DNA of 64,000 bases from Thermodesulfobacteriota bacterium (GTDB lineage: Bacteria; Desulfobacterota; Desulfobulbia; Desulfobulbales; SURF-16). Position numbers and translations under genes: made by a program. Below the pieces are notes generated by a model. It saw nothing but the letters and a program-made list of their open reading frames with translations, ran no database searches and was not told the origin of the DNA. This document shows positions 19,082 through 29,099 of this stretch, in pieces; the stretch's first letter is position 1; the number at the start of each line of letters is the position of its first letter. Location of the stretch: the NCBI GenBank assembly GCA_040755455.1, contig JBFMAY010000001.1, positions 224,001-288,000 of the forward strand, read 5' to 3'.

Positions 19082-19540
19082 ATGTTCGATCTTATTCCGT
19101 CAAGACGAGGTAAAGTTGATGTCCCTGATGTGTTCGAGGAAATGGAGGATATGTTCAAGAGGATGTGGAGGGGGTCAATGCTTCATGACCTGCTGCTTGA
19201 GTCCGAGAGAAACTGGGCTCCGCGGCTGGATGTCAGTGAAACGGACAAGGAGATTGAAGTGATTGCCGACCTTCCGGGCCTGGAGAAAAAGGATATCGAT
19301 ATTTCCCTGGACAATGATGTGCTGGTTATCAAGGGTGAAAAGAAGGAAGAGCATAAGGAAACTGACAAGCATGTCCATAGAATGGAACGGCGGTACGGGT
19401 CTTTTTACCGGGCTTTACGGCTTCCTGTTGAGGTGAAGAGTGATAAGATTGAGGCCTCCTTCAAAAACGGTGTATTGAAAGTCACCTTGCCGAAATCCGA
19501 GGAAGCGAAAAAGAAAATCGCCCGCATTGAAGTCAAATAG
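19082..19540 (+). CDS. Hsp20/alpha-crystallin small heat-shock protein
   Basis: P.LDVSET, DLPG, ER.YGSF.R, A.FKNGVLKVTLPK. Confidence 0.95.
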   Translation: MFDLIPSRRGKVDVPDVFEEMEDMFKRMWRGSMLHDLLLESERNWAPRLDVSETDKEIEVIADLPGLEKKDIDISLDNDVLVIKGEKKEEHKETDKHVHRMERRYGSFYRALRLPVEVKSDKIEASFKNGVLKVTLPKSEEAKKKIARIEVK

Positions 19541-19555
19541 CAAGGTCGGTTCCTT

Positions 19556-19592
19556 ATAAAAAAAGCCCGCAGCAATGCGGGCTTTTTTTATT
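19556..19592 (+). terminator. Rho-independent terminator (bidirectional form)
   Basis: A-tract, GCCCGCA-gcaa-TGCGGGC stem, T-tract directly after the Hsp20 gene. Confidence 0.85.
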
Positions 19593-19810
19593 TGCTTGAC
19601 AAAAATCTTTTTCATGGAGATTAATGAAGTAGTTTCCCTGTTCCGTAGTATTGTCCTGCCGGGTTGCCCAAAGCCTTCCACAGGACCTCAATATGGAGAA
19701 CATCCTGCGGCGCCGAGGTTGTATGGCTGAATGGAAAAACCTCACCGTTCTCCATCCATGCCTTTCGTTATAAAAGTCCGGATAAAAGCCCGGCAAACAG
19801 ACCTGTGACT

Positions 19811-21430
19811 ATGGCACACGAATCATCTCCCGGTAAACAGGCGGATACATCGCAGCAGGAGCGCCATGAGCTTGAACGGCGCGTCAGGGAGCTTGCCGCC
19901 CAACTGGGCATGCTGACCCGCCAGCTTGCCGAGGAGACCGCCGCCCGCAGGGAGCTTGAGGAGGCAATCGCCGAGCGGGACGAAAAATTCCGCATTGTCA
20001 CCGATTTTTCCTGGGACTGGGAATACTGGATCGCCCCTGACGGCAGGTTTCTGCATATCTCGCCGTCTTGCGAGCGGATGACCGGCTACAGCCCTATAGA
20101 TTTTTATAATAATCAGGACCTGTTTCTGGCAATCATCCATCCTGATGACCGGCAGCGCATCCATGCCCACCTCAATGAAGAGATCCATGAGGCGGCGGAA
20201 TTCCACTTTGACTTCCGTATTGTGGCCAGAAACGGGGAAGAACGCTGGATCGCCCACAGCTGCCGGCCGGTTTTCAATGCCCTGGGGCTGTCGCTTGGCC
20301 GGCGGGCCAATAATCGTGATATCACCCGGCGCAAACGTACCCAGGCGGCGCTCCAGGAAAAAGAAAAATTTTTCCGCATGGTTCTTGATGCCACCTCCAA
20401 CGGGGTCTGGGACCGCAACCTGCAGACCGGCGAAGTCTATTACGGTGAAAACTGGGCAAAGATGCTGGGCTATACCATCGAAGAGGTGCGCGACAGGAAA
20501 ATAACCTGGGAGAATCTGCTGCACCCTGATGACAAACATGCATCCCTGGCCGCGGTGCTCAATCATCTGCAGGGGCTCACCTCCAGGTATGTGGCGGAAT
20601 TCCGCATGCTGAACAAGTCCGGTGACTGGCAATGGGTTCTCGCCCGGGGCAAGGTGGTGGAATGGGATGAGCAGGGCCAACCGCTGCGTTTTGTCGGCAC
20701 CCACTACGATATTTCGGATCGCAAGAAGGCTGAGGAGGAGCTGAAGGAAAGCTCAAGGAAAATCAAGGAGTTCGCCTACTCGGTCGTCCATGATCTGAAA
20801 AATCCGGCTATCTCCATTCATGGCCTGGCCAGGCACTTGCAGAATAAATGCGGCGAGATGCTGGATGACAAGGGGAAAAAGTTCTGCGCCCAGATCCTCA
20901 GTTCGTCCGAAGAGATTGCCGCTCTGGTTGACAAGATCAATGTTTTCATTTCGGCCCAGGAAGTGCCCCTTGCTCTGCAGCGGGTTTCGTTGCGGGAGAC
21001 CCTGAATATCATCAGGGAGGAATTTTCTCTCCAGCTTGATCTCCGCTCCATCAGGTGGCTTGAGCCGACAAGCCTGCCGGACATAACCGCGGACCGTCTG
21101 TCCTTGTTGCGGATTCTGCGTAATCTGGTAGATAATGCCCTGAAGTACGGCGGCGAGAAGCTGAGTGAGATTGAGATCGGCTATAAGGATTCGGAGGCAT
21201 TTCATATTCTTTCCGTCCGCGATGACGGCGTGGGGCTGGGCAATGAAGAATCAAACGACCTTTTTTCCATGTTCATGCGGAAAAAGACCGCGCTGGGCAT
21301 TGAAGGCGCAGGCCTGGGCCTGGCCATTGTCAAAGATGTTGCCGCCCAGCATAAAGGTCAGGTCTGGATCGAGCATAACCCGGAACACGGCATCACCTTT
21401 TTCGTATCCCTTTCAAAGATGCTGGGCTGA
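19811..21430 (+). CDS. PAS/PAC sensor histidine kinase
   Basis: Two PAS_3 domains (IHPDD, LHPDD), H-box HDLKNP, N-box NLVDNALKY, DDGVG, GAGLGL. Confidence 0.9.
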   Translation: MAHESSPGKQADTSQQERHELERRVRELAAQLGMLTRQLAEETAARRELEEAIAERDEKFRIVTDFSWDWEYWIAPDGRFLHISPSCERMTGYSPIDFYNNQDLFLAIIHPDDRQRIHAHLNEEIHEAAEFHFDFRIVARNGEERWIAHSCRPVFNALGLSLGRRANNRDITRRKRTQAALQEKEKFFRMVLDATSNGVWDRNLQTGEVYYGENWAKMLGYTIEEVRDRKITWENLLHPDDKHASLAAVLNHLQGLTSRYVAEFRMLNKSGDWQWVLARGKVVEWDEQGQPLRFVGTHYDISDRKKAEEELKESSRKIKEFAYSVVHDLKNPAISIHGLARHLQNKCGEMLDDKGKKFCAQILSSSEEIAALVDKINVFISAQEVPLALQRVSLRETLNIIREEFSLQLDLRSIRWLEPTSLPDITADRLSLLRILRNLVDNALKYGGEKLSEIEIGYKDSEAFHILSVRDDGVGLGNEESNDLFSMFMRKKTALGIEGAGLGLAIVKDVAAQHKGQVWIEHNPEHGITFFVSLSKMLG

Positions 21431-21559
21431 CAGCCGTCAGCCGGCATTTCATGACTAACCCCTACCACCAACCTTGAGAAAAAATCTCAGGACCAGCTGC
21501 TGCAAAGGAAAATATGTACAGGATTCTTTTTTCTCAGCAGCATAAAGGAGCGTACTCGT

Positions 21560-22018
21560 TTGCCAATCAGCAAGGAAGTAACCGCAGGGGATGATATCGA
21601 TTCCCGCTGTCTGAAGTGCAAGAATGTCACCAACCATACCATTGTTGCCATGGTGGGAAAGCGGGTGGCAAAGGTGCAGTGCAATGTCTGCCGGGCGCTG
21701 CATAATTACCGTCCCGTTATCGCTGAAAAAAAGACACCCGTGCGGCGCAGCGGGGAAAAAAGCGGGCAGTCCGGCAAAAATGGCCGTCCATTCAAGGAGG
21801 CAAAGGCTGAAGCTCATTTCCTGGAACTGCTCGGCGGCAGGGACCCGGTTGCGGCGGTGCCTTATGCCATGACAGAGAGTTTTGGGGACGATGATCTGGT
21901 CAACCATCCTGTTTTCGGGGTCGGGCTGGTAACCAGGATGATTCCCCCCAACAAGATCGAGGTGGTTTTCAAGGAGGGCAGCAAAATTCTGATCTGTGCG
22001 GCCAAGGTGAAAAAATGA
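21560..22018 (+). CDS. Conserved hypothetical protein with zinc-ribbon motif
   Basis: CxxC...CxxC N-terminus, C-terminal HPVFGVG.V; TTG start after AAGGAG. Confidence 0.7.
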   Translation: MPISKEVTAGDDIDSRCLKCKNVTNHTIVAMVGKRVAKVQCNVCRALHNYRPVIAEKKTPVRRSGEKSGQSGKNGRPFKEAKAEAHFLELLGGRDPVAAVPYAMTESFGDDDLVNHPVFGVGLVTRMIPPNKIEVVFKEGSKILICAAKVKK

Positions 22019-22088
22019 GGAATTTCCCCCGGTATTTGGGGCATGCCGCTTGGCAATGAAATTACGAAAGTCCTAAACCCTGCCAGGG

Positions 22089-22107
22089 GCGGGTTTCATG
22101 CCCGCCC
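22089..22107. repeat. REP-like palindrome (copy 2)
   Basis: Identical 19-mer to 17489-17507; lies between convergent genes. Confidence 0.5.
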
Positions 22108-22111
22108 TGTT

Positions 22112-22648
22112 TCAGCCGAGAAGTTTCGGCGGGACCGGATCAAGATTTCTGAGTTTGGCCAGCAGCAGTTGGGGAGAGGGAAAATAGGCCAGGGCAGTGA
22201 GGTTCTCCTCCAGGGCCTTGGCCGCCTTGGCCGCCATTTTTTCAACCCCCTGCCGGCTGCCGCCCGCCATGAGGATGTAAACCCCTGCCGCCCGGATCAG
22301 ACCCTGCAGGGCGGCCTTTTCTCGTCCCTGGGCCTGCATCCACAGCCCCTCCAGCATTTCATGGACCTCAAAAAAAAGCTCCGCATCCCACAGAACAAAG
22401 CTCTGCGGCAGAATACCTTTAATTCCCTGATGCTCAATGGCGGCCATACATTTTTTGTAGCGGGAAAGGCGGTCAAGGATGTAGAATCTTTTTTCCACGG
22501 CAATTTCCTGCTCCAGCAGATGGTTGCCTGCCGTGGCAACGGCTGCCGGGTTCTGGTCCCGCAATGACACGACAAAGGCCGAGGAAAGGGTGTTGCGGAT
22601 CAGCCGTGCCTGTCTGTCCCGGAATGGATCAAAATTATTTTTTGTCAT
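22112..22648 (-). CDS. DUF309 domain protein
   Basis: FFEVHEMLEGLW...LQGLI motif. Confidence 0.75.
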   Translation of the reverse strand: MTKNNFDPFRDRQARLIRNTLSSAFVVSLRDQNPAAVATAGNHLLEQEIAVEKRFYILDRLSRYKKCMAAIEHQGIKGILPQSFVLWDAELFFEVHEMLEGLWMQAQGREKAALQGLIRAAGVYILMAGGSRQGVEKMAAKAAKALEENLTALAYFPSPQLLLAKLRNLDPVPPKLLG

Positions 22649-22811
22649 AATAACCAAAAGTTACAGAAAAAGTGCGGAAAAGCAAGCAGGAAAGTTGGTG
22701 ATTCGGTAAACATGAACGCAGCGCATTTTGCCGCGCTCAGTCCGGGGTGTGAGCGCCCAGGACGGTTGAAATACTTTTCACGACTTGCCGATTGCTTTTT
22801 TGGAGTTATCA

Positions 22812-23153
22812 ATGGAAAAACTGGTGAATGAGGTAAAGCAATTCCGTGAGGAAAGGGACTGGGAGCAGTTCCACAGTCCGAAAAATCTGGCGATGGCCCT
22901 TGTGGTTGAATGCGCGGAGCTGGCGGAACATTTCCAATGGCTCACCGAGGAGCAGAGCCGCAATCTCTCTGCCGAAAAAAAAGAGGCCATCCGGGAAGAG
23001 ATTGGCGATGTCCTGGTGTATCTGGTCAACCTTTCGGAAAAGCTTGGCATTGATCTTCTGGACGCGGCCTGGGACAAGATCGGTAAAAACAGGAAAAAAT
23101 ACCCGGTTGACAAGGTTCGGGGAAAATCATCGAAATATCATGAGTACGAGTAA
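22812..23153 (+). CDS. MazG-like nucleotide pyrophosphohydrolase
   Basis: RDWEQFHSPKNLA, E..EL.E.FQW, EEIGDV, N..KYP. Confidence 0.9.
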   Translation: MEKLVNEVKQFREERDWEQFHSPKNLAMALVVECAELAEHFQWLTEEQSRNLSAEKKEAIREEIGDVLVYLVNLSEKLGIDLLDAAWDKIGKNRKKYPVDKVRGKSSKYHEYE

Positions 23154-23667
23154 GAATCCCGCCGCATATGAGCTGGTGGCCATAGTGGATGAGGACAACC
23201 GCGTGGTGGGCAGCGCCAGCCGCGGGATCATGCGGCGTTTCAATCTCATCCACCGGGCCACCTATGTCCTGCTCTTTAACGGCCGGGGGGAGCTTTTTGT
23301 CCAGCAGCGGACGGAAAGCAAGGATATCTACCCCGGCTATTATGATATCGCCGCCGGCGGGGTGGTGCTGGCCGGAGAGGACTATGACCTTTCCGCCCGG
23401 CGGGAGCTTGCCGAGGAGGTGGGCATCACCGGGGTCCCCTTGACGCCGTTTTGTGATTTTTACTGGCAGGAAGAGCACAACAAGGTGTGGGGCAGGGCCT
23501 ATACCTGTGTGGCGGACGGACCGGTAACCCTGCAGGAGGAAGAGGTGCAATGGGGCCAGTTCATGCATCTGGACGACATCCGGCTGCTGCGCGGCAAAAG
23601 GCCATTCACCCCGGACGGCCTCTATCTTCTTGACCGATATCTGGCGGCAGCAACAAAATCTGTTTGA
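23140..23667 (+). CDS. NUDIX hydrolase (YfcD-like)
   Basis: GGVVLAGE...SARRELAEEVG Nudix box, LQEEEV, FTPDG. Confidence 0.85.
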   Translation: MSTSKNPAAYELVAIVDEDNRVVGSASRGIMRRFNLIHRATYVLLFNGRGELFVQQRTESKDIYPGYYDIAAGGVVLAGEDYDLSARRELAEEVGITGVPLTPFCDFYWQEEHNKVWGRAYTCVADGPVTLQEEEVQWGQFMHLDDIRLLRGKRPFTPDGLYLLDRYLAAATKSV

Positions 23668-23828
23668 CCAGGAGGGATGCAGCCGCTGATCGGCAAACCT
23701 TCTTTACCAGGGCCTGGCTATCGGCTATGCACCGGCGGGGAACTTATTTGCCGGCGGATCGCTCTCTTACCTATCGTTAACCAGAAAAACTGAGCAGTTT
23801 TTTACTCATACCATCTTGCGGGGGATTT

Positions 23829-25019
23829 ATGACGGCAGCAGCACCTTTTTCGTATACGGCGGAACAGCTCTTTGACTGGATATCCGGCAAACCTGATTTT
23901 GTCCTTCTTGACGTGCGCAATGCAAAGGAGTTTGCCAACTGGTATGTGGAGGGGCCTGCGCTTTTCCCCTACATCAATGTCCCGTATTTCAACTTCATGG
24001 AGGATCTGCGGGAAAGTATCGCCATGGTGCCGGCCGGCGAAAAAATCAGGATTGTCTGCTCCAGGGAAGGCTCGGCGAAATATGTGGCGGAACAGTTGAC
24101 CTCCCATGGTTTCAGCGATGTCGGTTATCTGCAGGGCGGCATTGTCTCCTGGGGCAACGTGCTGGCCGCGCGTCTGGTGACCCCTGTTGCCGCGCCTTAC
24201 AGCCTTTATCAAATGATTCGTCCGGGCAAGGCTTCCTGCAGCCATCTGCTCATCAGCGGCGCAGAGGCCATGGTTTTTGATCCCTCGCGCAATGTGGATT
24301 TTTATATCCGCTTTGCCGCGGAAAAGGGGGCGCGGATCGTCAGAACCTTTGAGACCCATCGCCAGGCGGATTACATTTCCGGTTCCACCCGGCTGGCGGA
24401 AAAGACCGGGGCAGCCATCATGGCGAAGAAAGAGGATTTCCTTGGTGCGGATTTCCCGTTCAATCCTGTGGAGGACGGCCAGCTCATCGCCTTTAGCAAA
24501 GGCGGACCGGCCATCAAGGCCATCCATACCCCCGGCCATACCATGGGCAGCACCTCCTTTCTCATTGACGGGAAATACCTGCTGAGCGGGGATACGGTTT
24601 TCATCAACACGGCGGGCCGTCCCGATCTGGGCGGCAAGAGCGAGGAATGGTCCCGCTTTCTCTACCTGACCCTAACCCTGAAGATCCGCAATCTCGGCGA
24701 TGATATCCTGATTCTTCCCGGCCATTATACCGCCTGGTCTGAAGCGAACCAGGACGGGATCTTCATGGACACCCTGGGCGATCTCCGCAAAAAGAATATC
24801 GCCTTTCATCTGCCAACGGAACATAAATTCGTTGAATTTATCAAGGCGAATCTGCGCCCGCAGCCGGCGGCCTATGCCCAGATCCGGCGGGTCAACGGTG
24901 GCTGGCTCAAGGTTGCGGAGGAAGAGGCCGATGTCATGGATCTCGGCAAAAATGAATGCGCGGCCAGCCATTACGGCCAGGTCGGCGTCAGCGCCGAGCA
25001 AAACAGAGCGAGCGAGTGA
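23829..25019 (+). CDS. Rhodanese / MBL-fold persulfide dioxygenase-like fusion
   Basis: LLDVR and VCSREG rhodanese domain; THRQADY, HTPGHT, SGD, GRPDL, PGH MBL motifs. Confidence 0.8.
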   Translation: MTAAAPFSYTAEQLFDWISGKPDFVLLDVRNAKEFANWYVEGPALFPYINVPYFNFMEDLRESIAMVPAGEKIRIVCSREGSAKYVAEQLTSHGFSDVGYLQGGIVSWGNVLAARLVTPVAAPYSLYQMIRPGKASCSHLLISGAEAMVFDPSRNVDFYIRFAAEKGARIVRTFETHRQADYISGSTRLAEKTGAAIMAKKEDFLGADFPFNPVEDGQLIAFSKGGPAIKAIHTPGHTMGSTSFLIDGKYLLSGDTVFINTAGRPDLGGKSEEWSRFLYLTLTLKIRNLGDDILILPGHYTAWSEANQDGIFMDTLGDLRKKNIAFHLPTEHKFVEFIKANLRPQPAAYAQIRRVNGGWLKVAEEEADVMDLGKNECAASHYGQVGVSAEQNRASE

Positions 25020-25038
25020 TGACTGGCGGGGAAGGGGT

Positions 25039-25230
25039 TCAGCCCCCGCCTTGTTTCTCCCTCCTGCGCTCAGCAACCTGTTGTTCCAGTTCGTTGATTC
25101 TGTTCTGCAGCTCCTCGCTGAGCTTCACCTTGCCCTCAAGAACACAGCCGCGCCGTCCCGGAATACATGCAGATTTCAGTTTTGCGCAGGTGTCCGTGTC
25201 ATATTCGTAGTTTTTGCAGGAAAAGGTCAT
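25039..25230 (-). CDS. Small Cys-rich hypothetical protein
   Basis: 63 aa, four Cys (C..C..CIPGRRGCVL); AGGTG RBS-like sequence upstream. Confidence 0.55.
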   Translation of the reverse strand: MTFSCKNYEYDTDTCAKLKSACIPGRRGCVLEGKVKLSEELQNRINELEQQVAERRREKQGGG

Positions 25231-25294
25231 CGTTGTTTATCACCTGTGGGTTTTTGAAAAAGCTTGACCGGGAATTTCCCCATTCAAAGAAATT

Positions 25295-26182
25295 TCAGAT
25301 CCGCAGTAAACCGTGCTGCGCATAGATGCGGCTGACCGCATCAGAGGCGAGAAAATCAAGAAACAATGGCCCCCACTCCCCACCGTCGCCGATCAGCCCG
25401 GCGTGGGACCGGCTGATGACGTTTTCCGGAAACGGCTGCGGATGTTCGATGGTGCCCCCCAGGGGGATCATGGCAAATAATGCGGGGAAAATACGGAGGT
25501 AGCGCAGGGCCAGATGATAATAGACCACGGCAACGTCGGCCCGGTCATCGATGATGGCCTGGGGTGCCTCGCGGTGGTGGATCTGTTCCCCGTAGCGGAT
25601 TTTCGTGCTTGGCGGGTCGGCAGTGAGAAAAGACAGAGCAACGTTTTCGCGGGCCGCCATGCCGGCCAGGGTGTTGACATAGCCCTGGTAGCTCACGGCC
25701 TCCGTCGCGGGATTGGAGAGAAAAAGCCTGATATCTTCCCGGTTGAGATCGGCGATGCCCGCGATGTTTTTCGGGTTGCCTTTTTTTACCAGCAGAACGC
25801 TGCCCTGATTACGCATAAACGGCATATGCCGCTGCATGTATCCTTCCCGTACCAGTTTGTCCAGCACGGCCGGCGGACTGATAAAGACATGGGGTTGGGC
25901 GGACAGGATGAAATTGCCGATCCGCAGGCTGCCATGTTTGAGCAGCAATAAAACAGGACCGGGCGGGGTTGTCACATAAAAGATCTGCTCCACTTCAGGG
26001 CGCGTCTGGTGAAAAAGGGCGATGGCCTCCCGCAATGCCATATGGTGATTGCCGTCGGAAAAAACCACCAGCCGGGCGGTTGACGGATCGCCATGCAAAT
26101 CCAGACAGAGGTTTGATCCTGGGTGGTGCCATTCGGGGATATTGCGGCTGGGAGACAGTATTTCCTCAGGCCAGGTCAGCAT
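25295..26182 (-). CDS. Substrate-binding domain protein (molybdate/sulfate SBP-like)
   Basis: LLVKKGNPKNI.GI.DL, IHHREAP, ADVAVVYYHLA, IY.QHG. Confidence 0.7.
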   Translation of the reverse strand: MLTWPEEILSPSRNIPEWHHPGSNLCLDLHGDPSTARLVVFSDGNHHMALREAIALFHQTRPEVEQIFYVTTPPGPVLLLLKHGSLRIGNFILSAQPHVFISPPAVLDKLVREGYMQRHMPFMRNQGSVLLVKKGNPKNIAGIADLNREDIRLFLSNPATEAVSYQGYVNTLAGMAARENVALSFLTADPPSTKIRYGEQIHHREAPQAIIDDRADVAVVYYHLALRYLRIFPALFAMIPLGGTIEHPQPFPENVISRSHAGLIGDGGEWGPLFLDFLASDAVSRIYAQHGLLRI

Positions 26183-26236
26183 AGCGAAATTCCTGATTGG
26201 GCATCACAAAAAATAGGCGGCAATGGCCCCATCCTT

Positions 26237-26611
26237 TTACGAGCCGGCATGCAACCAGTCGTAGGCCTCCTGCTCGTTTTTAAATACCTGCAGACCTTTA
26301 TGGTAACCGGCTGAGAGCGCCTCCCACATCCGGCTCGTGCCGAAGTTCATATTCGAATCAGCCAGGATGGCCCAGCGGCCGAGTAACCTGGCGTCCCGCA
26401 TTTCAAGCCAGGCGCGAAATCTTATGAGATCATCGTGCGACAGCGCCAGCAAAGACCCCCTGGTATCACAGATTCCGTTATATTGCTCATTGAACTCGGG
26501 ATGTTGCATTAAGGCCGTTATGAATGCGAGCAGTGCCTCGTAATTTACCGTGTCGGCAAAGCGCATGTAAATAATTTTTCTGCTGTGATCAACATTTACC
26601 TCAAAATTCAT
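26237..26611 (-). CDS. Hypothetical protein (SpoIIAA/STAS-like)
   Basis: 124 aa after GGAG RBS; C-terminal VF.NEQEAYDWL. Confidence 0.6.
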   Translation of the reverse strand: MNFEVNVDHSRKIIYMRFADTVNYEALLAFITALMQHPEFNEQYNGICDTRGSLLALSHDDLIRFRAWLEMRDARLLGRWAILADSNMNFGTSRMWEALSAGYHKGLQVFKNEQEAYDWLHAGS

Positions 26612-26793
26612 GCGACTCTCCAAGTTTTCCCTTTGAAAACGGTCAGTTCTTCGTAGACTGCGCAAGGTGCGGCAGTTTGCCGGCCTGGCCGGATCAGTCG
26701 CATGGCTTGCCGTTGTGTTCTTACTATTGCATGAATATTGGCGACAAGCAACTGTTGGATGGAGTCTGTCCGGGGCGCGGAAGGGCGGCGGGG

Positions 26794-27837
26794 CTACCTT
26801 CCCCGGCTGGCATCGATGCGCAGAACCTTGGCGCCCCGGACCTTTCCTGACTTGAGTTCGGCCAGGGCCTTGTTGGCGTCCTGCAATGGGAACTCCTGGA
26901 TCTCCGCCCTGATTGGTATTGCTGCGGCGAGCTGGAGAAATTCGCTGATGTCGGCCCGGCTGACGTTGGCCACGCTTTTTATTTCCTTTTCCAGCCAGAG
27001 ATGGGCGGGATAATCAAGGGTGAGCAGGCTGTTTTTGTCCCGCTCCTCCTTGCGGATGGCGTTGATGACCAGCCGGCCCGCCGGTTTGAGGTTGGCGAGG
27101 GCGGCGACAACCGGTTGCCACGCCGGAGTCGTATCGATGATGCAGTCGAGTTGCCGCGGCGGTTGCTCGTCAATATCCCCGGCCCAGGCGGCGCCCAGCT
27201 GCCGGGCGAATTCCCTTTCCGTCCGGCTTCGGGCAAAGACAAAAAATGATGATGCGGGAAAGCGGTGTCTGGCCATCTGCAGCACCAGATGGGCCGAGGC
27301 GCCGAAGCCGGTGAGGCCGAGGCTCTGGCCGTCCGCGAGGCCCGTGAGCCGCAGCGACCGGTAACCAATGGCGCCGGCGCAGAGCAGCGGGGCGGCCTCG
27401 GCATCGGAGAAAACGTCCGGCACGGCATGGGCGGAGCGCTCCGGCACGGTCATGAACTCGGCGTAGCCGCCGTTGGCGTCCCGGCCGGTTGCCGCAAATT
27501 GCGGGCAGAGATTATCGTTGCCGGCCAGGCAGAACGCACATCTGCCGCAGGCGGAGAAAATCCAGCCGATGCCGACCCGGTCCCCGGTCTTGAATAGGGT
27601 GGCGTGTCCGCCGGCCTGCTCAACCCGGCCGATTATCTGATGGCCCGGGATTATGGGGAGAGTGGGGGGAGGGGTCCTGCCTTCTATCTCATCCAGTTCG
27701 GTGTGGCAGACGCCGCAGACTGAAACCCGCACCAGCAGTTCATGGTCAGCCGGCACGGGCACTGGCAGTTCGGCGGGTTCCAGCCGGGCTTCGCCTGCCT
27801 GCAGGGGGCCGAGTCTCTTCAGTACCATTGCCTTCAT
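26794..27837 (-). CDS. Zinc-dependent alcohol dehydrogenase family protein
   Basis: CGVCHTE, PGHQ, CxxCxxC.......C, GGYAEF, APLLCAG. Confidence 0.9.
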   Translation of the reverse strand: MKAMVLKRLGPLQAGEARLEPAELPVPVPADHELLVRVSVCGVCHTELDEIEGRTPPPTLPIIPGHQIIGRVEQAGGHATLFKTGDRVGIGWIFSACGRCAFCLAGNDNLCPQFAATGRDANGGYAEFMTVPERSAHAVPDVFSDAEAAPLLCAGAIGYRSLRLTGLADGQSLGLTGFGASAHLVLQMARHRFPASSFFVFARSRTEREFARQLGAAWAGDIDEQPPRQLDCIIDTTPAWQPVVAALANLKPAGRLVINAIRKEERDKNSLLTLDYPAHLWLEKEIKSVANVSRADISEFLQLAAAIPIRAEIQEFPLQDANKALAELKSGKVRGAKVLRIDASRGR

Positions 27838-27864
27838 GCTGCGTTTCCTCCAGCGGCGGATATT

Positions 27865-29073
27865 TCAGCAGACCGGCAGCTCGCCGCGCGCCAGCCGCTG
27901 GGTAAAGGAGCCGATGTTGCTCAGCTCCCGGTCGATCACGGCGGCCACCTGCTCACGGATGTCGGCAAGAACAACATCCGGGGCAAGAATCAGCTGGGCC
28001 GAGGCAATGAGCGGCTGGTCAATGGCCTTGCCGATCCGGCTGCAGAGCCAGACGGTAACCTCGCTGATGCCGGGCACCTCCCGGTAGATGTTTGTTGCCA
28101 TTTCGTTACTGAGCTGGTTGTAGATTTTGCCCACATGGCTGATCGGGTTCTTGCCGGCGGTGGCCTCAGTGGAGCCATGCCGGTTAAAGGCGATGAGGCC
28201 GTTGACCCGGTTTCCCCGGCCGACCTGTCCGCCGTCGGCGCCTTCGGCCGAGGTGCCGAGGACCGTGAGATACATGCCGGCTTCACCCCGCGCCGGATCG
28301 TCCAGGGTGTTGATGGCAATGGTGACGGAGTCAATCGCTGCTGTCCGGCCTGCAATGAATTCCTGTAATGTCTGCTGGATATGGTCCTTGGCGGCAAAGT
28401 ATCTGCCGGGGGAGTCAATAAAGCGGTCGACAAAGGCCATGGCCACCGTCATGGTGAGCTCCCGGCCCAGCCGGCAGCCCATGACCTTGATATCCTCCCC
28501 GGACTCCGGAAATGCCTGCTTGAAATCCGGGCCGTTGAGGAACCGCTCCGCGGCCAGCACCAGTCGTTCCGTTTCGCTCAGCGGGGCATAGCCCACGCCC
28601 ACGGAGGTGTCGTTGGCCCCGATCACCTGCCGGGCAAAGATATCGGTCAATTCCGCCGAGCCGGGTTTGATCTCGTTTTGAAAGATGACATGCCGCTCGG
28701 GATCGAGGAAGCGCAGGTGGTCCCGGAGCCAGCGTTTTGCCGTGGCCTCGGCGATGTCGCCGATGGGCAGGCGTTTGCCCTGATATTCGTAAGTGGCCCT
28801 GTCGCCGAAGATGATGCGCATCGGCTCTTCCACCCGCCCGCCGCCGGGCCGTGGTGATGTTCTCCCCGCTACCAGCAGGCTTTTGTCGATGTTGAGGTGA
28901 AGGAGGCGGCCGAAGCTGTCCTGGTATTGGCGGCACAGCTCGACACACACCGCCTCCATGATGGAGTCGCACATGGTGTCGGGGTGGCCGATGCCCTTGC
29001 GCTCGACCAGTTCGACGTGGCGTGCGGCAACGGGCTCAGCGGCTGTTTGTTCGATGCAGATGTTTGGTCGCAT
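27865..29073 (-). CDS. Methionine adenosyltransferase, archaeal-type
   Basis: VERKGIGHPD, ANDTS.GVGYAP, GEDIKVMG.R, GTSAE.AD.GQVGRGNRVNG, GKNP.SHVGKIYN. Confidence 0.9.
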   Translation of the reverse strand: MRPNICIEQTAAEPVAARHVELVERKGIGHPDTMCDSIMEAVCVELCRQYQDSFGRLLHLNIDKSLLVAGRTSPRPGGGRVEEPMRIIFGDRATYEYQGKRLPIGDIAEATAKRWLRDHLRFLDPERHVIFQNEIKPGSAELTDIFARQVIGANDTSVGVGYAPLSETERLVLAAERFLNGPDFKQAFPESGEDIKVMGCRLGRELTMTVAMAFVDRFIDSPGRYFAAKDHIQQTLQEFIAGRTAAIDSVTIAINTLDDPARGEAGMYLTVLGTSAEGADGGQVGRGNRVNGLIAFNRHGSTEATAGKNPISHVGKIYNQLSNEMATNIYREVPGISEVTVWLCSRIGKAIDQPLIASAQLILAPDVVLADIREQVAAVIDRELSNIGSFTQRLARGELPVC

Positions 29074-29099
29074 GGTGATGGTCTGCTCGTTCGGGTTGA

